Source: an uncultured delta proteobacterium | GTDB taxonomy: Bacteria; Desulfobacterota; Zymogenia; Zymogenales; Zymogenaceae | Direction: 5' to 3' | NCBI GenBank assembly: GCA_963735595.1 | Contig: CAVTLK010000001.1 | Location: 640,001 to 704,000 of the forward strand | Length of the DNA: 64,000 nucleotides | The notes under the pieces: model-generated | Seen by the model: only the letters and a program-made list of their open reading frames with translations | Databases searched by the model: none | What the model was told of the DNA's origin: nothing | Translations under genes and position numbers: made by a program | Part shown: positions 1-8,870 of the stretch, piece after piece | How the letters are laid out: each line of letters begins with the position of its first letter | Numbering within the stretch: the first letter of the stretch is position 1

Positions 1-3000
1 AACTCCACCAGGATGAGACTGTCTTCCCTGTATGACCTGATTACCAGCGCCGCCTGTTCCTGCCCGGCGAGCGCGTCCCGGGCGTTGTTGATGAGGTTGA
101 TAAAGACCTGCTGGAGCTGGTATGGGTCGACAAAGTTCTCCGGCAGGTCGTCGGCAAACGACGTACGTACGTCGATGTTGCTGACCCTCAGATCGTACTC
201 CCTGAGCTTGAGCGATTCGGTCAGGATCTCGTTGATGTCGGTCATCATCCGCTCCGGCCGGTGCTCACGCGCGAACGCCAGCAGACCGCCGACGATCTTT
301 GCCGACCGTCTCGACTCCCTCAGGATAACGTCGAGCTTTGCCCTGATATCGTCCGGCACGTCCCGCCTCGAAAGCAGCTGCGCGTTGCCGATGATTGACG
401 TGAGCGGGTTATTGAGCTCGTGTGCCACCCCGGAGATCATAGTGCCGACGGCGGAGAGCTTTTCGGACTGCAGGAGCTGCATCTCCATTCTCTTCTTTTC
501 GGTCATGTCCCGCGCGGAAGAGAAAAAGTGGACGGGCTTGCCGTTATCATCTTTCTTCAGGTTCACCGACACCAATACATCGATAGTCTCCCCGCTTTTC
601 TTCTTTAACCTGGCCTCGAGGTTCGTTACATAGCCTTTTTCGATGATCCCGTTTATAATCTCCTGCCTGTCGTCCGGGTTCGAATAAAGTTCAAGCATCG
701 TGATTTTGGAAAGCTCCTCGGGAGAGTAACCGAAGAACTCCTGAGCGGCATCGTTGGTGTCGATAAATCTCCCTTCGAGGTCGGTGATGCACATAAAATC
801 CCGGGATGTCTCAAACAGGCTGCGGAATTTTTCCTCGGATGCTCTGAGCTCAAGCGTACGGTCGAAAAGGAGCCTGTTTATTTCCTGTATATTTTCCTCG
901 GCTTGCCTGCGATCGGTAATGTCGCTGCAGGCCCCTATCATTCCGTATGCATTTCCTGTTTCATCGAACATGGCCGAGCCGCGGTCCGTCCAGTAGCGAA
1001 TCGTCCCGTCCTTCTGTATCACGCGGTATTCCTCGTTATACGGCACCTTCTTTTTCACATGCTGCTCTAACGCCGCCAATACCCTGTCGCGGTCTTCGGG
1101 ATGAATCACCTCTTCCCACGCCTCGATCGTCCGGGGGAATTCGCCCGGGTCATAGCCGAGCATTTCATCAATATTACCGTACCAGTCCAGGCTTCCCCGT
1201 TTGATATCCCACTCGTATATCAAGTCGCTCGCGCTGACGGCGCCGACGCGAAACCGCTCCTCGCTCTTCCGTAATTCGTCTTCCGCTTGCCTGCGCTCGG
1301 TAATGTCGGTTATCAGGCCCGTCAGGCCGATAACCGAACCGCCGTCCATGACGGGGTTCGATGACGAGCGGACGTAACGATAGGAACCGTCTTTCGTGAC
1401 AACCCGAAATTCCGCCTCCTCCTTGATTCCCTGGAGGCTCCGGCCGAAGCTGCCGATGAGATCAGGGAGATCATCAGGATGTATGAACTCGGCGAGGTTC
1501 TTCCGTACGTATTCGTCCGTTGTATAACCGGTTATCCCTTCCGCAACGGGGCTCATATACGTTATCGTTCCGTCAATATCTACATTAAACACAACGTCAC
1601 TGATATTCTCCACGAGCGAGCGGAATTGTTCCTCGCTTTTCTTGAGCGCTTCCTCGATCCTTATACGCTCGGTGATATCTGCATTGAATCCGTGCCAGAT
1701 TATGCCGCCGTCTGCCAGTTTCTCGGGTGTCGATTGGGCAAACAGCCATCTGACCGGCCCGCCGGGGATCTGTACTCGATATTCGCATTGCCAGAGCGTC
1801 ATGCGGTCGGCGCTCAATTCAATTGACGTTACTACTTTGTCAAAATCCCCGGGCACTATCGCTCCGGCGATTGGAGAGAAATCCTCGCGCACGTCCTGAG
1901 GCGAACAGCCGAAGATGTCTCTAATACCTTCCGAGGTAAATGGAACACAATAGGTTCCGTCGGGCCTCTTCAAGAACTGGAAAATCATCCCGGGGACGTT
2001 GGCAGACAGTTTCCTGAATCGGACGTCGCTTTCGCGCAGGGCGTCCTCCATCTGTCTACGCTCGGTGACGTCTCTGATGATCTCCAGCGAGCAGTAGTGC
2101 CCCTCCGGCATAAGGATCGGGGATATATGAATCTCGAGCACCGAGCCGTTCGAGTAGGTTGCTTCCTTAACGAACTGCTTATGCTCGCGGATGGTCTCCA
2201 GCGTAACGCATCCGTTGCACGGAACGTCGATGCCGTGGTAAAACTCGTGGCATATCTGTCCTATTCCATCGCCGAAACGCTCCTTCGCGGCCCGGTTTTG
2301 AAAAACGATCCGGTACGATTCATCGATGATATCTATCGAATCGTCCATGAAGTTGATCACGTTCTCATTGAACTTCTTGAGGTACGATATCTTCTCTTCC
2401 GCGCTTTTCCTTTCGGTGACGTCCTCAAGCATTCCCATCTGGCGCGACGCCTTCCCCTTTTCGTCCGGGACAAAGAACCCTCGATCGCGGATCCAAACGT
2501 AGTGCCCGCCCTTGTGCCGCAGGCGGTACTGGACGTCCCAGAAGGAACAGGCCGCCTCCGCCTGATTGAGGAGTCGCAGCGTCTCTTCCTTGTCGTCCGG
2601 ATGCAGCCACTCGAGCCACTGGTCGAACCCTCCGCCATATTCCTCCGGCGCGTAGCCCAGCAGCTCTTCCATCGTCAGGCCCCAGACGATCCGCCCGGTA
2701 GGAACGTCGTAGTCATAGGCAACCTGGCCCGAGGCCGCCACGACCAGCTCGTAGCGCTCCTTCCACTGACGAACGGCGTCTTCCCGCTGCCTGCGCTCGG
2801 TGACGTCCTGGATGGCGCCGCGAAGGCATATCGGGGACCCCTTCGCGTCCCGGACGATCTCTCCGAGCGCGTAGATCCATTTCGCCTCGCCCGCGGGGGT
2901 TATGATGCGGTATTCGAGCTCGTACGTATCCTCATCCTCGACGGCCTGAACGACAATCCGCTCGGCCATCTCCCGGTCGTCCGGGTGCACCAAGGTCAGG

Positions 3001-4718
3001 GTGTCGGAAACGACCGGCGTATAGACAGCCGGGTCCCGGCCGAAGATTTTGTAAGTCTCATCGGACCAGACCAGCCGGTCGGTGACGAGGTCCCAGTCCC
3101 AGCTCCCCACGGAGGCGATTCGCTGGGCCATCGACAGGGTGCGCTCGCTTTCCTGAATCTTTTCTTCGGATATCCTCCTCTCGGTGATGTCCTCGGTGAA
3201 TCCCTCGAAGTATTCTATCGTGCCCTCGGAATTATAGACGGGATGCACCGACTGCCGGCCCCACCTGATGCTCCCATCTCTTCGCTTGAACCGGCCTTCG
3301 GTGGTGGCCCAGCCGTCTTTTCGTATAGCCTCTTCCAGAAGCGCCGAGCGCTGCCCGGGCTCAGCGTACAGCTCGGATGCGATATCCTTCACCGAGGAAA
3401 CCATCTCTTCGGGCGAATCGAACCCGACCATGCGCGCCAGTGCCGTGTTGACCCGCAAATATTTCCCCTCGGGCAGGGAATGGAAGATCCCGACCGTCGC
3501 CCCCTCGAAGAGGTGGCGGTAGCGGCCTTCGCTTTCGATCAGCGCCTCCTCGGCCCGCTTGCGGTCGGTGATGTTCTTGATAACGTGGACCGACCCGACG
3601 ACGTCGCCCTTCGCGTCGAAGATCGGCGAATCCACCAGCTGCATATAGATACCAAGCCTCGGCTCGAATATCTCCCCCTCCACGCTCCGTTTGGTCTCGA
3701 AGACTTTACTGTGCGGGCAAAACGGGGGTGGTTCCGTTGTCCCGTGGATCACCTCGTAGCAGAACTTGCCGATAAGGTCTTTCGGGCTTATCTTGACGAA
3801 ATCAGCGAAAGACCTGCTCACCCTTTGTATCCGGTAGTCGGCGTCCTGGATGGAGATCATGTCCGTGATGGAGTCAAAGGTGGTTCTCCATTCCTGCGCG
3901 GCCCTCAACAGGGCCGCCTCGGACTTCTTGCGCTCGGTTACGTCTCGCCCGACGCCGATGATCTCCCTGGGTTTGCCGTCCGCGTCCCTCACCAGCGTCA
4001 CGGCGAGTTCACCCCAGATGGTCGTCCCGTCTTTTCGGTAAAATTCAAGCTCCATGCTCCGGGATATCGTAACGTCTTTGTTGGCAAGCCGCTCAGCGGT
4101 CATTTCTTCGGCAATGATGCTCTTGAGGGTTTTAAGCGACTGGGGCGTTACCTGTTTGTCAAGCGGCAGGGCGTTAAGCTCTTTCAGCGTATATCCGCGG
4201 TCCTTGGTCACCGACGGGCTGATATAGGTCGCCTTGAGGTTGAGATCCATGACCCACACGGTATCGGTCATGTTCTCGGTTATCGTGCGGTAGTGTTTTT
4301 CGCTGAGCCGGACTTCCTCGTGCAGCGCCCCGTTTTCGATCACGAGGCGCTGCTTTTCGAGAGCGTCGGTGACTACAGCCAGGACTTCATCCATGTTAAG
4401 GGGCTTAATGAGGTATCTCTGAGCCCCTTCGTTTATCGAGCGCACCGCCGAATCAAGGGTTGGGTCCGCGGCAACCATGACGATCGCCGTGTCCGGTTGC
4501 AGCTTCTTGAGCGGCGCTATCAGTTCGGTCCCCGGCGTATCGGGAAGTCCGATATCAAGCAGCACCACATTGAAGGGCTTTCCACGCGCGGCGGTAATCG
4601 CCTCGTTTGCCGTCCCGACCGCGAGAACCTCAAATCCCTCCTTTTTGAATATCGCGGAGAAGCGCTTGCGCGCGCCCGTATCGTTATCGACAATCAGGAT
4701 TGTCGGCTTCCCGTTCAT
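1..4718 (-). CDS. Hybrid sensor histidine kinase: N-terminal receiver, about 10 PAS/PAC domains, HisKA, HATPase truncated by window edge
   Basis: Manual translation (absent from ORF track because the stop is off-window): MNGKPTILIVDND...VVLLDIGLPD receiver; repeated D[IV]TER[KR] PAC ends; H-box VAHELNNPL; N-box QVFINLINNARDA. Confidence 0.9.
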   Translation of the reverse strand, partial: MNGKPTILIVDNDTGARKRFSAIFKKEGFEVLAVGTANEAITAARGKPFNVVLLDIGLPDTPGTELIAPLKKLQPDTAIVMVAADPTLDSAVRSINEGAQRYLIKPLNMDEVLAVVTDALEKQRLVIENGALHEEVRLSEKHYRTITENMTDTVWVMDLNLKATYISPSVTKDRGYTLKELNALPLDKQVTPQSLKTLKSIIAEEMTAERLANKDVTISRSMELEFYRKDGTTIWGELAVTLVRDADGKPREIIGVGRDVTERKKSEAALLRAAQEWRTTFDSITDMISIQDADYRIQRVSRSFADFVKISPKDLIGKFCYEVIHGTTEPPPFCPHSKVFETKRSVEGEIFEPRLGIYMQLVDSPIFDAKGDVVGSVHVIKNITDRKRAEEALIESEGRYRHLFEGATVGIFHSLPEGKYLRVNTALARMVGFDSPEEMVSSVKDIASELYAEPGQRSALLEEAIRKDGWATTEGRFKRRDGSIRWGRQSVHPVYNSEGTIEYFEGFTEDITERRISEEKIQESERTLSMAQRIASVGSWDWDLVTDRLVWSDETYKIFGRDPAVYTPVVSDTLTLVHPDDREMAERIVVQAVEDEDTYELEYRIITPAGEAKWIYALGEIVRDAKGSPICLRGAIQDVTERRQREDAVRQWKERYELVVAASGQVAYDYDVPTGRIVWGLTMEELLGYAPEEYGGGFDQWLEWLHPDDKEETLRLLNQAEAACSFWDVQYRLRHKGGHYVWIRDRGFFVPDEKGKASRQMGMLEDVTERKSAEEKISYLKKFNENVINFMDDSIDIIDESYRIVFQNRAAKERFGDGIGQICHEFYHGIDVPCNGCVTLETIREHKQFVKEATYSNGSVLEIHISPILMPEGHYCSLEIIRDVTERRQMEDALRESDVRFRKLSANVPGMIFQFLKRPDGTYCVPFTSEGIRDIFGCSPQDVREDFSPIAGAIVPGDFDKVVTSIELSADRMTLWQCEYRVQIPGGPVRWLFAQSTPEKLADGGIIWHGFNADITERIRIEEALKKSEEQFRSLVENISDVVFNVDIDGTITYMSPVAEGITGYTTDEYVRKNLAEFIHPDDLPDLIGSFGRSLQGIKEEAEFRVVTKDGSYRYVRSSSNPVMDGGSVIGLTGLITDITERRQAEDELRKSEERFRVGAVSASDLIYEWDIKRGSLDWYGNIDEMLGYDPGEFPRTIEAWEEVIHPEDRDRVLAALEQHVKKKVPYNEEYRVIQKDGTIRYWTDRGSAMFDETGNAYGMIGACSDITDRRQAEENIQEINRLLFDRTLELRASEEKFRSLFETSRDFMCITDLEGRFIDTNDAAQEFFGYSPEELSKITMLELYSNPDDRQEIINGIIEKGYVTNLEARLKKKSGETIDVLVSVNLKKDDNGKPVHFFSSARDMTEKKRMEMQLLQSEKLSAVGTMISGVAHELNNPLTSIIGNAQLLSRRDVPDDIRAKLDVILRESRRSAKIVGGLLAFAREHRPERMMTDINEILTESLKLREYDLRVSNIDVRTSFADDLPENFVDPYQLQQVFINLINNARDALAGQEQAALVIRSYREDSLILVE

Positions 4719-5360
4719 TGTTTTCCCTGCCTTGACCATATCCTGCGCCTTTTTCATAGAACCTCACCCATGCGAATCAAAGACGATGAGAGCGACGAAC
4801 CGGGTTTCCCCGGAATTCCAAACCGGCCGGCCCTCGAACAGGTCGCCGGATTCACTCGGGCCGGCAACTCCACGGAAAGGAATAGCCCGTCCCCCCGGTC
4901 CCGTCGGCAGTAACGGCCCGGTTCCCTACTGCTGAAACGAACAAATAATTCCACTATATCGGTTATTTACCGTCGTCCCTGTAAAATACAAACGTTTCCC
5001 GGAGAGGTGCGATCCGTATTGGGTTATGGTGATTCCGGCCAATCCGAATGGGACGGCGAAGAGCTGCTCGATACGAAGTAAGAAGAGACGGATGGCCTGA
5101 CGAGAAAAAACACTCCATCATATCGGCTAACGGAATAGTTGAATATATTAGTTATTTTACTATTCAATTCCGGTTTTGTCAAACCGCGCAGCTGAACGTG
5201 AAGTGTAATATGAAGAATTCCTGCTATAGATGATGCAATAAATAGCACGCAGGAATACGATTCAATAGTAATATTTTGTTAAATGCATCTTCCGGTAATT
5301 TCTTTTTTTTATTTTTGGGGGGCTTCGTAGCGGCCGCGCAGACCCCCGTCCTGAAGACGC

Positions 5361-5451
5361 AAAAAGGGGTTACGGCAATTGCCGTAACCCCCCGCTGTCA
5401 TTGGTCGGGACGGGAGGATTTGAACCTCCGACCCGATGGGAACCGGTAATG
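5361..5451 (-). repeat. Copy of tRNA-Pro 3' half plus terminator (att-like remnant 2)
   Basis: 5402-5434 matches tRNA-Pro 3' end with 1 mismatch, degenerate match to ~5451; hairpin GGGGTTACGGC-AATT-GCCGTAACCCC plus U-run. Confidence 0.85.
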
Positions 5452-5575
5452 AGGAGATCGCATCTCGCAATGAAACCACTGAACGCGGGACGAATGGAGA
5501 GATGCGAAAAGGCAACGAAGGGCCCGGTGATCTCAAGGCTCACGATCGATTCACCGGTACTCCGTGAGCAGGGGA

Positions 5576-6310
5576 CTAACGCTTGAGACTTGTCTGACTG
5601 CCTCCTCTCTCATCATCCTTGTCATTCCCCTCGACGCCCCTCTTTCCCCCGGGCGGGAAGACCATCATCTTCTGGAGGAAGTGGTAGGTTGTCTCTCCTG
5701 ACGCCCTGGAGGGCATGGGCGGCAATTTGTCTCCCGTTACGGTGATTTCTTCCCCTCCGACGACGAAAATCGGTGGCAAATCCGGGAAATAAGTCGGGGC
5801 GAGATAGACGGCGCCCTTAATAGTCAATAGGTGCGTGGTGCCTCCGTCCGGGTCGCGGGTCACGCCGAAGTCCGTCCCCCGCACTCCGACCGTCGCATTA
5901 CCCGTCTCAATAGTGAACCGAGAATCCTTGCTGACAAAGGGAACGACGATCGCCCTGATCTTGCCTTTGAGCAGCCCGAATGTGCTGGTGGATACCTTCG
6001 TGACCTCCAGCGTATTGAGCTCCTTGATCACGACCCGGCTGTTTGCCCCTATCACGATCGTGCTGCCATCGGAGAGCATAAGCTCGACCTTCCCCTTATC
6101 GCTGGTTTCGATCATGTCACCGACGCCAAGCCGTGTCCCCTTGACGAGCCGCACAAAACTCGTCTCCGCCCTGAATGTGACTTCCGGGAACCCCCTCGTA
6201 TCTACGACCACGGCGTCGGCCGGGTTCTGGCCCCGGGCGTCTACAAAACCCGCGACAATCAGTAACGTCACTACGGTACATACGGTCCCTATGCTCCTCA
6301 ACGACATCAC
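5576..6310 (-). CDS. FecR-domain exported protein
   Basis: Signal peptide; GDMIET...VELMLSDGSTIVIGANS, GKIRAIV, TVGVRGTDF FecR motifs. Confidence 0.8.
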   Translation of the reverse strand: MMSLRSIGTVCTVVTLLIVAGFVDARGQNPADAVVVDTRGFPEVTFRAETSFVRLVKGTRLGVGDMIETSDKGKVELMLSDGSTIVIGANSRVVIKELNTLEVTKVSTSTFGLLKGKIRAIVVPFVSKDSRFTIETGNATVGVRGTDFGVTRDPDGGTTHLLTIKGAVYLAPTYFPDLPPIFVVGGEEITVTGDKLPPMPSRASGETTYHFLQKMMVFPPGGKRGVEGNDKDDERGGSQTSLKR

Positions 6311-6349
6311 CTATCCCTCCTTTTTCGCGCAATATACCGTTCCAGTACT

Positions 6350-6378
6350 ATGATACCCCTCTCCATTGTGATAGTCAA
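6350..6378 (-). promoter_or_regulatory. sigma70-like promoter for the FecR gene
   Basis: TTGACT-17 nt-TATCAT on minus strand. Confidence 0.55.
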
Positions 6379-6426
6379 CGTACTTCCTTCTCTCCTCTTC
6401 CCGGTTCCATTTCCGGCATAATCCAT

Positions 6427-6517
6427 AAAAAAGGGGTCACGCGAACCGCGTAACCCCTTGATATTCTTGGTCGGTACGAGAGGATTTGAACCTCCGACCA
6501 TAGGCCCCCCCGTCATG
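6427..6517 (-). repeat. Copy of tRNA-Pro 3' half plus terminator (att-like remnant 1)
   Basis: 6468-6499 matches tRNA 3' end with 1 mismatch, degenerate through anticodon arm to 6517; terminator 6427-6458 identical to 8349-8380. Confidence 0.9.
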
Positions 6518-6562
6518 CAGAGCCGGTGAGGCGAACCCCCTGATACTGCAGCGAAAATGATC

Positions 6563-8248
6563 TCAGGGTCGAGGCCCGTTTCCTTCCCAGCCCTTCAGAC
6601 CATTGACGTAAACCTGCGTCGAGGCGCTGGTAACGGTGTGATCGGTGATCACGTTGACGCAGGCGGGTTTGCCCGATTGCAGGGCTCTCTCAATGGCCGG
6701 GGCGATCTGTTCGTCACTGGTGACGAACTCGCCGTAACCGCCCAGGGACTCTACCATGCGCTCGTAATGGACGATGCCCAGCTCGGTACCGCATACGCGG
6801 TCCATCCCGTAGCACATCTCCTGGGAATGCCTGGCGGAGCCCCACGCCTGGTCGTTGCAAATGACCGAGACCACCGGGATAGAGTGGCGGGCGGCGGACT
6901 CGAACTCTATGGCATTGAAACCGAAGGAGCCGTCGCCAGAGACGAGGATGACCTTCGCCTCGGGGCGTGCCAGCTTGGCGGCCATGGCGAAGGGAAGACC
7001 TATGCCCAGGCTTCCGAACTGGAGCCCGTTCGCGATGACGCCGGACTTCACGCCTGCACGCAGGGTGATAAGGCCGAAATAGACGGTGTCGCCCCCATCT
7101 ATGATATAGATGGCGTCGTCCCCCGCTACGTGTCTCAGCTGATGCATGAGCCGGAAGGGATGGATAGGGTCGGTGGGTGTCTCCATCTGCTTCCGGTCGC
7201 CCTCGCTCACCGCCGTCTGGATGCCCGCGAGGGTTTCGATCCATTCGCCGCGCTTTCTTTCCTTTACCCGGCGGTTAAGCTGCCGGAGCACCGCGCCGGC
7301 ATCTCCGACCAGGGCGACGTCGGCGACCCGGTTTCTGTTCACCTCGACGGGATCGATATCCACCCGTATCACCTTGGCGTTGGCCATATAGTCCCCGTAG
7401 CTGAGGACCCAGTTGAACCGGATGCCGACGGCCAGGACCACATCTGCCATGGTCAGGGCGGCGAATGATCCCGCGAACCCTCCCGGCCAGAGTGAGAGGG
7501 GGTGCTCGTCCGGGATGGCGCCGCGTCCGCAGTTCATCAGCAGGGTGGGAATGCCGGCTTTTTCCACCAGCTTCAAAAGCTCTGCGTCGGCGTCGCTCCA
7601 GCAAATTCCGTCTCCCGCCACGAGAATCGGTTTCTTGGCGTTGTTGAGGAGTTCGGCTGCTTCCTCGATCAGGCCCTCGTCCGGTGACGCCGGGATAACG
7701 GCGCCGCGTTTAGCCGGCAACAGGATCTCGGCCCCTCCAAGCGGCGGAAAGAGGATATCCGGGGGGAGTTCCAGGTAAACGGGACCCGGCCTGCCGGACA
7801 CCGCGTGCGTGAACGCCGTCGCCAGGTATTCGGGGATCCGTGCCGCCTGGTGGCATTTACCCGTCCACTTAGTGACCGGCTTGATCATATCCACCTGGTT
7901 CACATCCTGGAGGGCTCCCCTGTCCAGCTCGCGTATGGAGCCTACGCCGCTCAGGACCACCATGGGGGCGCCCTCGTAGTAGGCGTTGGCGACCCCGGTG
8001 AGGGTGTTCGTGAACCCCGGACCGGCGGTTACCACGCATACCCCCGGCCTGCCCGTGTATATGGACCAGCCGTGGGCCATCATCGCGGCGGCCTGTTCGT
8101 GGCGCACGTCTATGACCCTGATCTTGTGCTCCAGGCAGCCGTCCAGAATGGGCATGATATGCCCGCCGGAGATAGAGAACAGGGTATCGACCCCCTCTAT
8201 TTCCTTCAGGTACCGGGCAACAACGTGTCCGCCGTGCGTGTCTCCCAT
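6563..8248 (-). CDS. Thiamine-diphosphate-dependent enzyme (acetolactate synthase-like / 2-hydroxyacyl-CoA lyase-like)
   Basis: VRHEQAAAMMA, TAGPGFTN, GDGSFGF...NDQAWG ThDP motif. Confidence 0.9.
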   Translation of the reverse strand: MGDTHGGHVVARYLKEIEGVDTLFSISGGHIMPILDGCLEHKIRVIDVRHEQAAAMMAHGWSIYTGRPGVCVVTAGPGFTNTLTGVANAYYEGAPMVVLSGVGSIRELDRGALQDVNQVDMIKPVTKWTGKCHQAARIPEYLATAFTHAVSGRPGPVYLELPPDILFPPLGGAEILLPAKRGAVIPASPDEGLIEEAAELLNNAKKPILVAGDGICWSDADAELLKLVEKAGIPTLLMNCGRGAIPDEHPLSLWPGGFAGSFAALTMADVVLAVGIRFNWVLSYGDYMANAKVIRVDIDPVEVNRNRVADVALVGDAGAVLRQLNRRVKERKRGEWIETLAGIQTAVSEGDRKQMETPTDPIHPFRLMHQLRHVAGDDAIYIIDGGDTVYFGLITLRAGVKSGVIANGLQFGSLGIGLPFAMAAKLARPEAKVILVSGDGSFGFNAIEFESAARHSIPVVSVICNDQAWGSARHSQEMCYGMDRVCGTELGIVHYERMVESLGGYGEFVTSDEQIAPAIERALQSGKPACVNVITDHTVTSASTQVYVNGLKGWEGNGPRP

Positions 8249-8348
8249 GATCCCCTCCTTCCGATGCAGGATTAAGAATTGACGCGTCGAACGGGGCGGT
8301 TCTGAGTGCAGTGAATAAATTTTACACTATTTTGACAAAAGACAAAAG

Positions 8349-8380
8349 AAAAAAGGGGTCACGCGAACCGCGTAACCCCT
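8349..8380 (-). terminator. Intrinsic terminator after tRNA-Pro
   Basis: GGGGTTACGCG-GTT-CGCGTGACCCC followed by T6 on minus strand. Confidence 0.85.
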
Positions 8381-8388
8381 GCTATCAT

Positions 8389-8466
8389 TGGTCGGGACGA
8401 GAGGATTTGAACCTCCGACCCCATGACCCCCAGTCATGTGCGCTAACCAGTCTGCGCTACGTCCCG
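8389..8466 (-). tRNA. tRNA-Pro(GGG)
   Basis: CGGGACGTAGCGCAG...CATGA-CT-GGG-GG-TCATG...GGTTCAAATCC...CGTCCCGACCA cloverleaf with encoded CCA. Confidence 0.97.
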
Positions 8467-8541
8467 ATTTTTTCTATCTGTTGTATCCCCTCAGCGGCCG
8501 GATAGGCCCCCCTCACACCCCTCGCCCTACCGTAATATGTC

Positions 8542-8570
8542 ATGATAGTAAAAAAGAAAAAAAAGTGCAA
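8542..8570 (-). promoter_or_regulatory. sigma70-like promoter for tRNA-Pro
   Basis: TTGCAC-17 nt-TATCAT. Confidence 0.55.
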
Positions 8571-8576
8571 GACAAA

Positions 8577-8852
8577 TTATTCGTTGAGGGCGCGTTTCAG
8601 CACGTGGCTCGGTTTGAAAGTAACAACTCGCCGCGCGTCGATCTCGAGTTCGTCTCCGGTCTGGGGATTTCGCCCCTTACGGGGTTCCTTCTGCCGAACC
8701 ACAAAGTTGCCGAACCCGGATATCTTGACCTTCTCCCCGCTTTCGAGCGTTTCCTTTATGACCTCGAACAGCTCATCGATGATGACGGCGGACTCCTTCT
8801 TTGACAAGCCGAGATTCTTATAAATGGAATTTATTAAGTCGGTCTTCGTCAT
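8577..8852 (-). CDS. ihfA: Integration host factor alpha
   Basis: VKISGFGNF...GRNPQTG...RRVVTFKPS; follows pheT. Confidence 0.95.
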   Translation of the reverse strand: MTKTDLINSIYKNLGLSKKESAVIIDELFEVIKETLESGEKVKISGFGNFVVRQKEPRKGRNPQTGDELEIDARRVVTFKPSHVLKRALNE

Positions 8853-8870
8853 AACGTCCCCCCTAAAAAG

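Noticed and set aside
2097..4913. 938-aa plus-strand ORF (likewise 16695..18971, 46606..48171, 55058..57031 and other long plus-strand ORFs)
   Set aside because: Antisense shadows of well-supported minus-strand genes in GC-rich DNA; no recognisable motifs
5341..5391. Possible c-di-GMP (GEMM) riboswitch suggested by GACGCAAAA...GGGGTTACGG
   Set aside because: No P1 with GNRA loop or receptor; the sequence is explained by the terminator of the tRNA-Pro remnant
5402..6517. Two additional functional tRNA-Pro genes, or a CRISPR-like array
   Set aside because: 5' acceptor strand and D-arm are missing and anticodon stems are broken; spacing is kilobases with whole genes between, and there are no cas genes
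8310..8328. Rex-like operator AGTGAATAAATTTTACACT before the ThDP gene
   Set aside because: Imperfect palindrome with wrong half-site spacing; may simply be the -10 region
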